64,000 bases of DNA from an uncultured Nitrososphaerales archaeon (GCA_963706445.1 OY970160.1:1568001-1632000); one strand, 5' to 3'. Positions 38,939 to 48,860 are shown, counted from the stretch's first letter. Numbers and translations: made by a program. Notes: a model not told the origin generated them from the sequence alone.

Positions 38939-39667
38939 ATGGCCAGGGTCGGATCACGATTGACGGGGAAGTCTCTTCGCAAGGGGAAGCTCATCGTGGT
39001 GGAGGGGATAGACGGCTCGGGCAAGTCGACGCAGATGCACCTGCTCGACAAATGGTTGAGGAGCCTGGGCCTGAACGTTTTCTTCACGGAGTGGAACTCG
39101 TCGGATGTGGTGAAGGAGATTACTTCCAAGGGCAAGAAGAAGGCACTCCTTACCCCGACGACCTTCAGTCTGCTCCACGCCACTGACTTCGCGGACAGGT
39201 ACGAGCGGAACATCTCTCCCCTGCTCGAGGCGGGCTACTTCGTGCTGGCTGACCGGTACATCTACACTGCCTTCGCGAGGGACGTGGTCAGAGGGTGCAC
39301 GCCGACCTGGGTGAGGAAGGTCTACTCGTTCGCTGAGGTCCCCGACGTGACGTTCTACTTCCGGGTCTCGCCCGACGTCGCCATGGACAGGATACTTGAG
39401 GGGCGCCCCAAGCTGAAGTACTATGAGGCGGGGATGGACCTCAACCTCAGCAACGACGAATACGAAAGCTACAGGATATTCCAAACGAGGATAGTCGAGC
39501 AATACGAGTCAATGACCCAGAAGGACAAGTTCGCCATTATCGACGGGACCTTGGACATCGAGGATCAGCAGGACAGGATGAGGCGCCAGGTGATGAAGTT
39601 CATCCCACAGTCCAAGCTGAGGCCCCCCGTCGAGCTGACCCGCGGCCAGGAGGCCAAGGTGGTATGA
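38939..39667 (+). CDS. Thymidylate-kinase-like protein, probable catalytic subunit of archaeal polyphosphate kinase 3
   Basis: Intact P-loop EGIDGSGKST, LADRY, YYEAGMD; in an operon with ppx and sixA. Confidence 0.8.
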   Translation: MARVGSRLTGKSLRKGKLIVVEGIDGSGKSTQMHLLDKWLRSLGLNVFFTEWNSSDVVKEITSKGKKKALLTPTTFSLLHATDFADRYERNISPLLEAGYFVLADRYIYTAFARDVVRGCTPTWVRKVYSFAEVPDVTFYFRVSPDVAMDRILEGRPKLKYYEAGMDLNLSNDEYESYRIFQTRIVEQYESMTQKDKFAIIDGTLDIEDQQDRMRRQVMKFIPQSKLRPPVELTRGQEAKVV

Positions 39668-40380
39668 CCCAGCAGCTGGCGGCCCGTCCTCTGACGTACT
39701 ATGGCGAGGGAATATCCTACCTGAAGCGCCTCGAATCAAAAGGGAGCCTCATCGTCGTCGAAGGCCCCGACGGCTCGGGGAGGAGCAGCCAGATCGACCT
39801 CATCACAAGCCATCTGGAGGCCGCGGGGCACGCAGTGATCACCACGGGGCTGAAGCGCTCCGAGCTCATCGGGGCGGGCATCTTGGAGGCGAAACACAAG
39901 CTCCCCCTGGGGAAGAAGACCCTCGCTCTGTTCTATGCGGCCGACTTCGCCGACCAGTTAGAGCACAAGATAATCCCGGCCCTGCACGCGGGGTACGTCG
40001 TCCTTGCTGACCGGTACATCTTCACCCTGATGGCAAGGAACAGCGTCAGGGGGATAAGCAGGGCCTGGTCCCATGACCTCTATGGCTTCGCCATCAAGCC
40101 CGATTTGGTCTTCTACCTTGACGTCCCACCCGAGGAGCTTTTCCACAGAGTGTTCCAAAAGTATGGCTCGCTCGACTATTACGAGTCGGGAGCCGACATG
40201 GGGCTCTCGGACGACCTCTTCGAGTCGTTCGTGATGTACCAGAGGGGGATCGCCAAGGAGTTCAGGCTGATGGAAACGAAGTATGGGATAGTGAGGATGG
40301 ACGGAGGCAGGATGATTCCCGAAGTCTACGTCGACCTTCAGAAGAGAATCGACGCGTACCTCAAGGGCCTCCGCAAGTAG
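39664..40380 (+). CDS. Thymidylate-kinase-like protein, probable regulatory subunit of PPK3
   Basis: Altered P-loop EGPDGSGRSS, LADRY, YYESGAD; ATGA overlap with its paralogue. Confidence 0.8.
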   Translation: MTQQLAARPLTYYGEGISYLKRLESKGSLIVVEGPDGSGRSSQIDLITSHLEAAGHAVITTGLKRSELIGAGILEAKHKLPLGKKTLALFYAADFADQLEHKIIPALHAGYVVLADRYIFTLMARNSVRGISRAWSHDLYGFAIKPDLVFYLDVPPEELFHRVFQKYGSLDYYESGADMGLSDDLFESFVMYQRGIAKEFRLMETKYGIVRMDGGRMIPEVYVDLQKRIDAYLKGLRK

Positions 40381-40384
40381 TCTG

Positions 40385-41632
40385 TTACTGCAGGTCTGAG
40401 AGCCTGGCTGCGGCCAGGGGGATTGTCATCTCGTCCACGGTAAGGCCCCCGTGGTGCCCTCGGAGATTCAGCGGGTCGCCCCGCGGATACCTGTACCAGA
40501 CAGTCTTGGTGCCGTGTGGGAGGATCATCAGGTTTCCTATCCTCCTCCTGAACCTCCGGCTTGGCTTGTTGATGCCGAAGAGCCCCTGCTCAATCCCTTC
40601 CTCGGTGGTCAGCACACTAGCAGTCCCCTTGAGCTTCTGCTCGAGATACTTCCTAGTTGCATCCAATTTCGAGCCCTCGACCTTGAGGTACGCGTCTCTG
40701 GCGCTCCCCCAGGGAGGGATGACCTCGCCGGAGGGAGACCGTTCGAGGGCGTTGACCAGCTTCTTCCACCGATTCATGTAGACAGTCTTCTCAGGGTCCA
40801 CCTGCACTTGGCCGTGGTCTGCGGTCACAAGAATCATCGTCCTTCTTGCCGCGTCTTTGGAGAGCTTGGCGAGGAATCCCTCCTGAAAGGCGTGGGAGAT
40901 GAGCGAAGCCTCGACCTCGGCCTCGTCGGTGTTGGGGCCGTAGACGTGTTCGATTGTGTCCACGTAGCTCCAGTAGGCGTAGAAGAAATTGCGTCTGCTT
41001 GACCGCTCGATCAGGCGCCTTAGGGAAACGGTGAGGTCTGAGGCCGCCCCGTATGGAAGGACGTCGCTCCCGCCCCTGGAGACCGCAGAGTAGGCGCTGA
41101 ATGCCAGCGCCCTATTGGTGAGGGAGGTACACTTGACCCCAGCATTCGAGAGCTTGTGGAAAATCGTCTTCCCTTCGATAAGCGCCTTGGGGCTCATCTC
41201 TCCTTCGAGGGTGTCCCTGCCCCTGTCCCCCACCCTTGTGAAGGGGAGAGTGACGATGATGTCCCCGATCTCTTCCATGTAGACGTACCACTCGGGAAGC
41301 CCGTGCTCCTGGGGTGTCAGCCCGGTGCTGACTGTCGTAAGGGCGGCGGCAGTCGTCGAAGGGAAGACTGTGGTGATGGGCCTGACGCTTCCCTTCCTCG
41401 AGAGTTCGCCGAAGAACCCTTTGTCTTCCTGACGCCTCCATTCGTTGTATCCGAGGCCGTCGCAGAGGAGCAGAATTACGTTGTCAATCTCTGAGGTGTC
41501 AATCCCCCCTAGGGCGTCTTTGGGGAGGGTCGGACGTTCCTCGTTCACGCCGAACACCGACATGATGGTCGAGGGGACGTTAGACAAACAGTATCCGGAG
41601 TAGTCAGGTTTTACGGCGCCAGGAGGGAGCAA
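40385..41632 (-). CDS. Alkaline phosphatase superfamily nucleotide pyrophosphatase/phosphodiesterase
   Basis: LLCDGLG, FPSTTAAA, DTIEH, TADHGQ, GHHGG. Confidence 0.9.
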   Translation of the reverse strand: MLPPGAVKPDYSGYCLSNVPSTIMSVFGVNEERPTLPKDALGGIDTSEIDNVILLLCDGLGYNEWRRQEDKGFFGELSRKGSVRPITTVFPSTTAAALTTVSTGLTPQEHGLPEWYVYMEEIGDIIVTLPFTRVGDRGRDTLEGEMSPKALIEGKTIFHKLSNAGVKCTSLTNRALAFSAYSAVSRGGSDVLPYGAASDLTVSLRRLIERSSRRNFFYAYWSYVDTIEHVYGPNTDEAEVEASLISHAFQEGFLAKLSKDAARRTMILVTADHGQVQVDPEKTVYMNRWKKLVNALERSPSGEVIPPWGSARDAYLKVEGSKLDATRKYLEQKLKGTASVLTTEEGIEQGLFGINKPSRRFRRRIGNLMILPHGTKTVWYRYPRGDPLNLRGHHGGLTVDEMTIPLAAARLSDLQ

Positions 41633-41742
41633 CAGGCTGGTCGGGATTCTTCCTCAGATATGTCTTGTCAGATTCGCCGCCGCCCCTGTGTGGGGAAGCG
41701 ATATAACACGCCAGCGACGCTCCGCTGACAGGTGTAGCGGCT

Positions 41743-43155
41743 CTGAGGAAGCTCGCCCTTGCGATAGCGGCCCTGCTCGCGCTCCAAGTGGTTGTCGGGG
41801 CTTCGGCAGTCGCTGCGTCTCCCACCACCACCCCGATCAAGCACGTCATCATGGTGATGATGGAGAACCACAGCTTCGACAACCTGTTCGGGCTCTATCC
41901 CACGCTGAATAAGACAAACCCGGGACCGCTCCTCGCTTCGCTGCAGCAGCCTGACGACGTGCTCTACGCCCCCAAGGGGGTATCTCTGAGCCAGGTCCCC
42001 AACGGCACCTACTGGACCGCCAACCCGAACGAAGATGTCTACCCTGCCGACTGGGACAACGGGAGGATGGATGGCTTCGCGGCCAACAGCGGCAGCCAGG
42101 CCATGACCTACTTCAGCTCGTCGCAGTTCGCGGTCGAATGGGACTGGGCGGAGGAGTACGCCATCGCCGACAATTACTTCGCCAGCTGCCTGTGCATGAC
42201 AAACCCGAACAGGCTGTTCAGTCTAGCCGGCTATGGCGCTGGCCTGACGACCGACTCGGGCCCACCACCGTATTTGCCCGTGAACCAGTCTATCTTCGGA
42301 GAGCTCGGCGACTACGGCGTAAGCTGGGGGTACTACATACAGAACCCTTCGGCGGACAACTTCCCTCTGAACTACTTCGACGGGATCGGGGCTTATTCCT
42401 CGCAAGTCCAGCCTTGGGCTTCGTTCTACAGCGCTCTCCAGCAGGGGACCCTCCCCTCGGTCTCATGGGTGATGCCGGTGGGAGGAGGGGCGGAAACCGG
42501 GGAGTTCGACCAGCACCCCGAGGGGAACGTCACCTCGGGCGAGGGGTGGCTGCTGGGGGTGGTCGACAGGGTCATGCAAAGCCAGTACTGGAACTCCTCT
42601 GCGATATTCATCACATACGACGAAGGGGGAGGCTATTATGACCACGTCCCGCCGCCGGTCGTGGACGAGGTCCAGCTAGGATTCAGGATTCCGCTGTTCG
42701 TTATCTCTCCCTACGTGAAGGAGAACTATGTCTCGAACACAGTGATGGACCACTCGTCGTGGCTTGCGTTCATAGATTACAACTGGGGCCTCCCTGCACT
42801 GAACGCATATGTGGCCGACTCGGGGCTCCCATTGGACATGTTCGACTTCGCCCAAGCCTACTCCGGCATGGGTCTCGTCAGGCAGCCTGTCGAGCTGCAG
42901 AACTCGAGCCAGTATCCAGTGAACCTTCAGATTCCGCTGGGCAACCTCCCGTATCAAAGGTCCGGGTCGACAAGCCAGACCCTGGCGTCCATGGGGTCGA
43001 GGCTGTACGTCACTGCTAACATCACGATAACGCCCTTCACACAGAGTGTGGGGTTCGCCGCGGCTGTTGCCGTGGCGCTTCTCGCGGTGGGCTATGTTGC
43101 GGTGCGAATGAGCCGGAGGAATAGGAAGCATGCCTCGGTTAAGACCGGCAACTAA
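41743..43155 (+). CDS. Membrane-anchored phosphoesterase (phospholipase C/acid phosphatase family)
   Basis: HVIMVMMENHSFDN, TNPNR, DQHP, YDEGGGYYDHV, GFRIP; complete signal peptide only from CTG 41743; C-terminal TM. Confidence 0.9.
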   Translation: MRKLALAIAALLALQVVVGASAVAASPTTTPIKHVIMVMMENHSFDNLFGLYPTLNKTNPGPLLASLQQPDDVLYAPKGVSLSQVPNGTYWTANPNEDVYPADWDNGRMDGFAANSGSQAMTYFSSSQFAVEWDWAEEYAIADNYFASCLCMTNPNRLFSLAGYGAGLTTDSGPPPYLPVNQSIFGELGDYGVSWGYYIQNPSADNFPLNYFDGIGAYSSQVQPWASFYSALQQGTLPSVSWVMPVGGGAETGEFDQHPEGNVTSGEGWLLGVVDRVMQSQYWNSSAIFITYDEGGGYYDHVPPPVVDEVQLGFRIPLFVISPYVKENYVSNTVMDHSSWLAFIDYNWGLPALNAYVADSGLPLDMFDFAQAYSGMGLVRQPVELQNSSQYPVNLQIPLGNLPYQRSGSTSQTLASMGSRLYVTANITITPFTQSVGFAAAVAVALLAVGYVAVRMSRRNRKHASVKTGN

Positions 43156-43215
43156 CCATTACCGATAGTCAGACAAAAAGGCCGAGGAGGGCCATTGACG
43201 GCCCTACTCATGACA

Positions 43216-43695
43216 TTACATGTGACCCGTTGGCTTCCGTATCAGGAATATTTCGCCGAGGCTGGCGAACACCAATAGGAACCCGCCTGCGCTGACTCCG
43301 GATAGGTTGTAGTCGTTGGCGAGCACCCCGTTGAAGGCGCCGTAGTAGGTGAAGAGTGGGATCAGGATTAGCCCCAGCACGAAGATGACGGCGGGGAAGT
43401 AGATCTTCTTGTCCATGGCCTTTGTGCTCCGATAATCCAAGTACCCGACGATTAGGATGAGGAGGCCTAGGACTGCAATCACAGCGAAATTTGTACCGCT
43501 AAAACTGGTGGTCGGTGTGAAGTCCCCCTTGTAATCGCCAGGGTACTCAATGGTCAGATAACCGAAGACGATTAGTGCTACTCCGAAGAAGATGTAGAGC
43601 CAACCGAAGTATTTCAGTGGTAGTGTTCTCATTGGCGCCGGCGTAACGGTCCCTGCTGCGGAAGTCCCTGCAGCGTTTAGGACTGTTTCGGACAT
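43216..43695 (-). CDS. Four-TM membrane protein
   Basis: Four hydrophobic segments; divergent from the ECF operon. Confidence 0.75.
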   Translation of the reverse strand: MSETVLNAAGTSAAGTVTPAPMRTLPLKYFGWLYIFFGVALIVFGYLTIEYPGDYKGDFTPTTSFSGTNFAVIAVLGLLILIVGYLDYRSTKAMDKKIYFPAVIFVLGLILIPLFTYYGAFNGVLANDYNLSGVSAGGFLLVFASLGEIFLIRKPTGHM

Positions 43696-43832
43696 CCGAG
43701 GCTGGGTGGGTCATCGAATTCTATTAAGCGTTCTGCCTTGAGGAAAATCAGGAATATTGGAAATGACTTGATATTGAGCAAAAACCTACGAAGCTTTATT
43801 AGAACTCCTAGACCCCCGAAGATGTCGCAACC

Positions 43833-44594
43833 ATGGGTTTCAACGGCATTGCTGGCACGCTGGACCAGGTTGGTCAGATTCCTTGGGAGTATGTCGTTGG
43901 CTACTTCGCAATCGCGTTAGTCATCGCATTCGTCCTTGGAAAGAAAACAGGTGGACTTTCCAGATTCACAACACTCGACTTCGTCTACATCGGCATAGGC
44001 GTCGCCTTCGCAGTGGTATGGCAGTGGTTCATCGGTGGCTTCCTCAACGGCTTCCTCCCAGGTGGAGTCAGGACATACGTCGACTTCGGCTTCATAGGCG
44101 GGCAACTTATCACTATGATGGTAGTTGCATGTCTGGTGCGGAAGGTCGGGGTGGGGATCACATCTTTCGTCGTCTACTCCTTCCTCAGCGACATCTTCCA
44201 CTACGGGTTCGGAGGCGAACCGATCTACTTCATCTATGAAGGGCTGACGTACGGGCTCTTCCTCGACCTCATGATAGCATCCACAGGAGGGAACATCTTC
44301 GCCGCCAAGAGTTCTGCGAAAGCTTCGTCAGAGGCTTCCGGAATGAGCGGTGGTGGATCCTCGACCAAGCTGACGGCCATCATGATAATCGAAGGCGCCA
44401 TCATCGGGTTCCTCTTCGCTTTCCCTGACCCACTCATCTACAGCGGATTCTTCGCAAATTTCATCAACGGGCCAGGAGCAGTCAACTGGCAGACAATCCA
44501 AACGAATCTGATCTCCTTCGCAGCATCGGGCATCCCGGCAGGCGCCGTAGGCGGAATCATCGCCAACCGGGTTTCAAGGGCTCTAGGTCAATAG
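43833..44594 (+). CDS. ECF transporter substrate-binding (S) component
   Basis: FTTLDFVYIG, CLVRKVGVG, six or more TM; first gene of the ECF operon; TTTATTA box about 30 nt upstream. Confidence 0.75.
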   Translation: MGFNGIAGTLDQVGQIPWEYVVGYFAIALVIAFVLGKKTGGLSRFTTLDFVYIGIGVAFAVVWQWFIGGFLNGFLPGGVRTYVDFGFIGGQLITMMVVACLVRKVGVGITSFVVYSFLSDIFHYGFGGEPIYFIYEGLTYGLFLDLMIASTGGNIFAAKSSAKASSEASGMSGGGSSTKLTAIMIIEGAIIGFLFAFPDPLIYSGFFANFINGPGAVNWQTIQTNLISFAASGIPAGAVGGIIANRVSRALGQ

Positions 44595-44595
44595 C

Positions 44596-44617
44596 AGGAG
44601 GCCGACCGCGGCCTCCT
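44596..44617 (+). terminator. GC-rich hairpin between the S-component and ATPase genes
   Basis: AGGAGGCCG-ACCG-CGGCCTCCT, perfect 9-bp stem 2 nt after the stop codon. Confidence 0.5.
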
Positions 44618-44686
44618 CCCGCTCTGTTTTGGGGAGGACAAGATTTCTGACAAGACTTAAGCAAGCCAAGGAGGCGTGGTTGTCCC

Positions 44687-46333
44687 GTGACTGAGGCAGT
44701 TCCGACAGCGACTGCCGCTACTACCCCCGTCGAAGTGAAAGGGCTCGTCTTCAGCTATAGTGAAGGAGGGAGACCCATCCTCACCGTCGACTCCTTCCGA
44801 GTCGAAGACGGCGAGGTGGCCCTCGTGATTGGCAAGTCTGGGGGAGGCAAGTCGACTCTCGTCAACTGCTTCAACGGCGTGATTCCCCACATCTTCAAGG
44901 GGAGCGACCCTACAGGGGTCGTCGTCTACGGCAAGGTCGTCAGAGACACTCCGCTGCCAATACTATCTACCGAGGTGGGGACCCTGCTCCAGGACCCCGA
45001 GACCCAGGTGCTCAACTACACCGTTGAGGAGGAGGTGGCGTTCGGACCAGAGAACCTCTGTCTCCCCGTAGAGGAGATCCGACAGAGGGTGGAGGATGCG
45101 ATCGCGACGACCGACATCGCGAGCTTCAGAGAAAGGGAGACCTATGTCCTCTCTGGAGGAGAGCTGCAGAGGGTAGCCCTGGCGGCCGTGTTGGCCATGA
45201 AGCCGAAGATGCTCATCATGGACGAGCCGACGTCGAACATCGACCCGGAGGGGACGGCCAGGGTCTTCCAGACGCTAACCAGTCTGAAGGGGACAAGCAC
45301 GCTGATAATCGTGGAGCACAAGCTCGAGAGGGCGTTACACTTCGTCGATCGGATTATCCTAGTCGACCAGGGGAAGATAATCTTCGACATCGAGAAGGCG
45401 AAACTAGTGGACCACGTCGAACAACTCCATGCTTCCGGAATCGACGTCCCGGAGCACTACCTCTGGGCGAAGAGGTTCGGCATGGACCCGCAGAACATCG
45501 ACGGCATAAGGGCCAGAATCGTGAAGGATGGTTTGAAGCTCGAAGTCCCACCGAGACAGAACGACGGCAAGGTCGTGCTGGAGGCATTCGCCCATGTGGA
45601 GGTCCAAGGGAAGATTCTGGTGGACGCAGAGGTCGCCTTGAGGGAACAGCAGATCCTGGCGATCATGGGAAGGAATGGGGCCGGGAAGTCCACCTTCCTC
45701 AAGACGGTGATGAATTTCCTTGACAAGGAGCTGACCGCGAGGTCGAAGCTGGTGGTGAACGGAGTCGACCTCAGTAAGGCCTCGATTCAGAAGAGAGGAA
45801 ATTATGTGGCCTATGTCCCCCAAAGCTTCGACCTAATGCTCATCAACAAGACGGTGGAGGACGAAATCTCCTATTCGCTGAGGAAGAGGGGGTCGAAGGA
45901 CTTCAAGGAGCGGACGGAAGAGTTCCTCGACCTCTTCGGCCTCAAGGAGTTCAGGAGGCGCGACCCACTGATGCTCAGCGTCGGCCAGAGGAGGAGGGTG
46001 GCCATGGCGTCTGCGCTCTCGTCGGGGGTCAAGATAGTCATGCTCGACGAGCCCACCTCGGGCCAGGATTTCTACCACAAGGAGATAATCTCGAAGGAGC
46101 TCCACATGCTGAAGAAGCTCGGCTACTCGTTCATCATAGTGACTCACGACGCGAAGTTCGTCTACAGATATGCCGACTATCTGGTGGTCCTCGACGCGGG
46201 GAAGAAGGTCCTCGAAGGGGTCCCCGAAGATGTCTTCGCGTCGTCGCAGCTGTTTTCCGTCGTCCCCCCGACCGAGTTCTACCTACGCAACCCAGGCATA
46301 CCGCTCCCTGAGCTGAGCATGGTGGGGGTCTGA
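44687..46333 (+). CDS. ECF transporter fused double ATPase
   Basis: GKSGGGKST/LSGGELQR and GRNGAGKST/LSVGQRRR; QDPETQ, EEVAFGPEN. Confidence 0.93.
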   Translation: MTEAVPTATAATTPVEVKGLVFSYSEGGRPILTVDSFRVEDGEVALVIGKSGGGKSTLVNCFNGVIPHIFKGSDPTGVVVYGKVVRDTPLPILSTEVGTLLQDPETQVLNYTVEEEVAFGPENLCLPVEEIRQRVEDAIATTDIASFRERETYVLSGGELQRVALAAVLAMKPKMLIMDEPTSNIDPEGTARVFQTLTSLKGTSTLIIVEHKLERALHFVDRIILVDQGKIIFDIEKAKLVDHVEQLHASGIDVPEHYLWAKRFGMDPQNIDGIRARIVKDGLKLEVPPRQNDGKVVLEAFAHVEVQGKILVDAEVALREQQILAIMGRNGAGKSTFLKTVMNFLDKELTARSKLVVNGVDLSKASIQKRGNYVAYVPQSFDLMLINKTVEDEISYSLRKRGSKDFKERTEEFLDLFGLKEFRRRDPLMLSVGQRRRVAMASALSSGVKIVMLDEPTSGQDFYHKEIISKELHMLKKLGYSFIIVTHDAKFVYRYADYLVVLDAGKKVLEGVPEDVFASSQLFSVVPPTEFYLRNPGIPLPELSMVGV

Positions 46334-46364
46334 CACGGCCCTCGAGGACGCCCTCATATCCAAT

Positions 46365-47381
46365 GTGGGGAGCCTTTTCCTCTTCCTCTTCGGAATAGTA
46401 GCCCCAATCTACCTGATCTTCGGCGCCATAGGCCTCACGGGTTTCCGCGACATCTCGAGGTACGAAGAATCCCACACATTCTACTACAGGCTGAACCCGC
46501 TGACCAAGATTATCTTCACCATCACCATCACGTTCGTGGCCGCTACCACTGGGTGGTACATCGACATCTCGATGGCGCTCATCGTCCTGGCGACTTACCT
46601 GACTCTCAGGAGGGGTGTTCGCAAGTTGCTCCTCGGGAGCGCACTGGCATTTTCGTCGGTCGTCGGGTTGGCGTGGTACTATTCGCTCAATACTCCGTAC
46701 ACCCTGCTAATCTTCGCATTCTATCACCAGTGCATCACCATTCCCCCGACCCCCATGAGCGCTCCGTTCTTGGCCTTCTTCACCCCGCTCTGGACCTGGC
46801 CCTCCTACTACCAGTACCTCGGCTACCAGCCGGTCCTGACCCTTCAAGGGCTCGAATACGGTCTCCAGGTATCCACCAGGGCCGGCGTGGTCCTCCTTAC
46901 CGCACTCATCCTGATCATGACGAGCACCCCTTCGGCCATCCTGAGGAGCCTGGGGAAGCTCAAGCTCCCTGTCGTCATTCTCTTCGCCCTGGTCGTCGGG
47001 ATGAGGACCGTCCCCAGGATTTTCGACTCCCTCGACACCGCCGTCAAGGTTCAGTTCATGAGAGGTTACGGGGCGAGGGCCAACAAAGTTACGCGGGTCT
47101 TCTATCTCCTCGGCGGGGTCCTCACGAGCATAGTCCCTGCAATGACGTTCCTATTCCGAGGGGCAAAGAACACGGCGATCTCCGCGGACACCCGGGCATT
47201 CAGGGCATACAAGAAGCGCACGTTCCTGAAGCCGTTCACGCTCAGCAGAGCGGACTACGTGTTCTTTGGCATCATTGTTGGGCTCATAGTGTTGGCGGTC
47301 GTGGCCAACGTGACCGGCTTCGGGAGGAGCATCCCATATGCGGCCGTCGGCTCCGGGTGCGGCGCCACATCCACTTCCTAG
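46365..47381 (+). CDS. ECF transporter transmembrane (T) component
   Basis: YRLNPLTK, TSTPS, QFMRGYG, DTRAF. Confidence 0.9.
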   Translation: MGSLFLFLFGIVAPIYLIFGAIGLTGFRDISRYEESHTFYYRLNPLTKIIFTITITFVAATTGWYIDISMALIVLATYLTLRRGVRKLLLGSALAFSSVVGLAWYYSLNTPYTLLIFAFYHQCITIPPTPMSAPFLAFFTPLWTWPSYYQYLGYQPVLTLQGLEYGLQVSTRAGVVLLTALILIMTSTPSAILRSLGKLKLPVVILFALVVGMRTVPRIFDSLDTAVKVQFMRGYGARANKVTRVFYLLGGVLTSIVPAMTFLFRGAKNTAISADTRAFRAYKKRTFLKPFTLSRADYVFFGIIVGLIVLAVVANVTGFGRSIPYAAVGSGCGATSTS

Positions 47382-47405
47382 TTTCGAAGGTGCCCTGCGA
47401 TTCTG

Positions 47406-48311
47406 CTATGACAGGATCGCCGCCACAAGAAAGGCGGCTGCAAGCATCAGCACTACGACATCTGACGGTCCAAAGGGAGGTTGCTTGACGTATGTGCGGT
47501 TCTTGTAGGCGCCGAAGGCCCTCGTCCCCGTGGAGATGGCCATGTTCCTCGCGCCTCTTAGGAGGTAGACTAGGGCCGGGATGAGAGCGAAGAGGGATGC
47601 GGCGAAGACGTAAAGTGGGCCGAGCGACCTGCTCCCCCTAGACCCGAACCCTCTCATCAATTGGACCTTCATTATCGAGTTGATGGCCTCTAGCAGGATC
47701 GGGACGGTCCTCATCCCCACTACGATGGAGAAGGTGACGGGATTCGGCAGGCCGATCTTCCGGAGGACGCGCATCACGTCCGACGGAGTGCTGGTCATGA
47801 CAAGGATCAGTGCCAGGAGGAAAACCCCCGAAACGGCGATGTCAGAGGCGACGGTCCGCGTCAGGTCCCCGAAGAAGAACGAAGTGTTGACCGGGAGGCC
47901 GGCGGATTCCTGCCCTAAGAGGAAAGAGAGCCGGTCGGAGACCGACCCCCAGACGTTCCCCCAGACCACGGCTATGGTGAACAGAGTCCCGAGCGCGAGC
48001 TTCTCCCTTCCGTGGTAGAGGGTCGCGTATGATGCCAGGATGACCCCGGTCGCAAGCAGACCCAGGTAAATGCCTGCGGAGGACGTTGTGAGGGCCACCA
48101 GGAAAAGGGCGGCCACCTTGGTGCCGGAGTTCAGGCGGTAATAGAAGGAGTCGTGCAAGTCGTACCTCGTGAGCGTTCGTAGACCTGAGAGGCCGATCAC
48201 GCCGAACACTATGTAGATGGGCACCACGGCTCCCAGGAAGAAGATCAGGTACTGTACCGGCACCGACGCAAGTATGCCCCATGCCAAGAGCCGACTTGCT
48301 CTGGGCGCCAT
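47406..48311 (-). CDS. Second ECF T component, convergent paralogue
   Basis: YRLNSGTK, TSTPS, QLMRGFG, GTRAF. Confidence 0.88.
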   Translation of the reverse strand: MAPRASRLLAWGILASVPVQYLIFFLGAVVPIYIVFGVIGLSGLRTLTRYDLHDSFYYRLNSGTKVAALFLVALTTSSAGIYLGLLATGVILASYATLYHGREKLALGTLFTIAVVWGNVWGSVSDRLSFLLGQESAGLPVNTSFFFGDLTRTVASDIAVSGVFLLALILVMTSTPSDVMRVLRKIGLPNPVTFSIVVGMRTVPILLEAINSIMKVQLMRGFGSRGSRSLGPLYVFAASLFALIPALVYLLRGARNMAISTGTRAFGAYKNRTYVKQPPFGPSDVVVLMLAAAFLVAAILS

Positions 48312-48380
48312 ATCTTAAGGCCGTCAATGGCGGTCTGGCGCCCGTAGAGTTAATACAGAACCCCGGACCGCCTGTTTCCA

Positions 48381-48845
48381 ATGCCCGACGTTGGAGAGGT
48401 TGCGCCCGAATTCATCCTGTACGATTACGACAAGAAGCTGCGAAAGCTGTCGGAGTTCCTGGTCAAAGGGAAGAAGACAATTTTGGCGTTCTTTCCCGGA
48501 GCGTTCACGGGGACCTGCACCAAGGAGATGTGCGCCTTCAGGGACATGTACGGGGAGCTCGAGCACCTGAACGGCCAGGTCGTTGGGGTCTCCGTCGATG
48601 CTCCTTTCGCCCAGAAGGCCTTCGCCGAGAAGTACAGCCTGACGTTCCCCCTGCTGTGCGACTTCAAGCGGGAGGTGGTGAACAGGTACGGAGTCTTGTG
48701 GAAGAATTTGAGCGGAGTAGAAGGTTACGACGCAGCGAACAGGGCGATATTCTTGCTCGACGACACTGGCAAAATTCACTTCAAATGGGTGGCGAACGAG
48801 CCCGGGCAGCTGCCCGACTTCGAGGCCATCAAGAAGGCCCTCTAG
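48381..48845 (+). CDS. Peroxiredoxin (AhpC/TSA family)
   Basis: FFPGAFTGTCTKEMC, GVSVD, NRAIF. Confidence 0.93.
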   Translation: MPDVGEVAPEFILYDYDKKLRKLSEFLVKGKKTILAFFPGAFTGTCTKEMCAFRDMYGELEHLNGQVVGVSVDAPFAQKAFAEKYSLTFPLLCDFKREVVNRYGVLWKNLSGVEGYDAANRAIFLLDDTGKIHFKWVANEPGQLPDFEAIKKAL

Positions 48846-48860
48846 CAGGGAACAGATGGG

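Noticed and set aside
38939-40380. Duplicated thymidylate kinase (tmk)
   Set aside because: The ppx/sixA/CHAD context and the altered P-loop in one copy favour PPK3.
43700-43832. Riboswitch upstream of the ECF S component
   Set aside because: The TATA box is about 30 nt from the ATG (leaderless), leaving no room, and no TPP, B12 or FMN consensus is visible.
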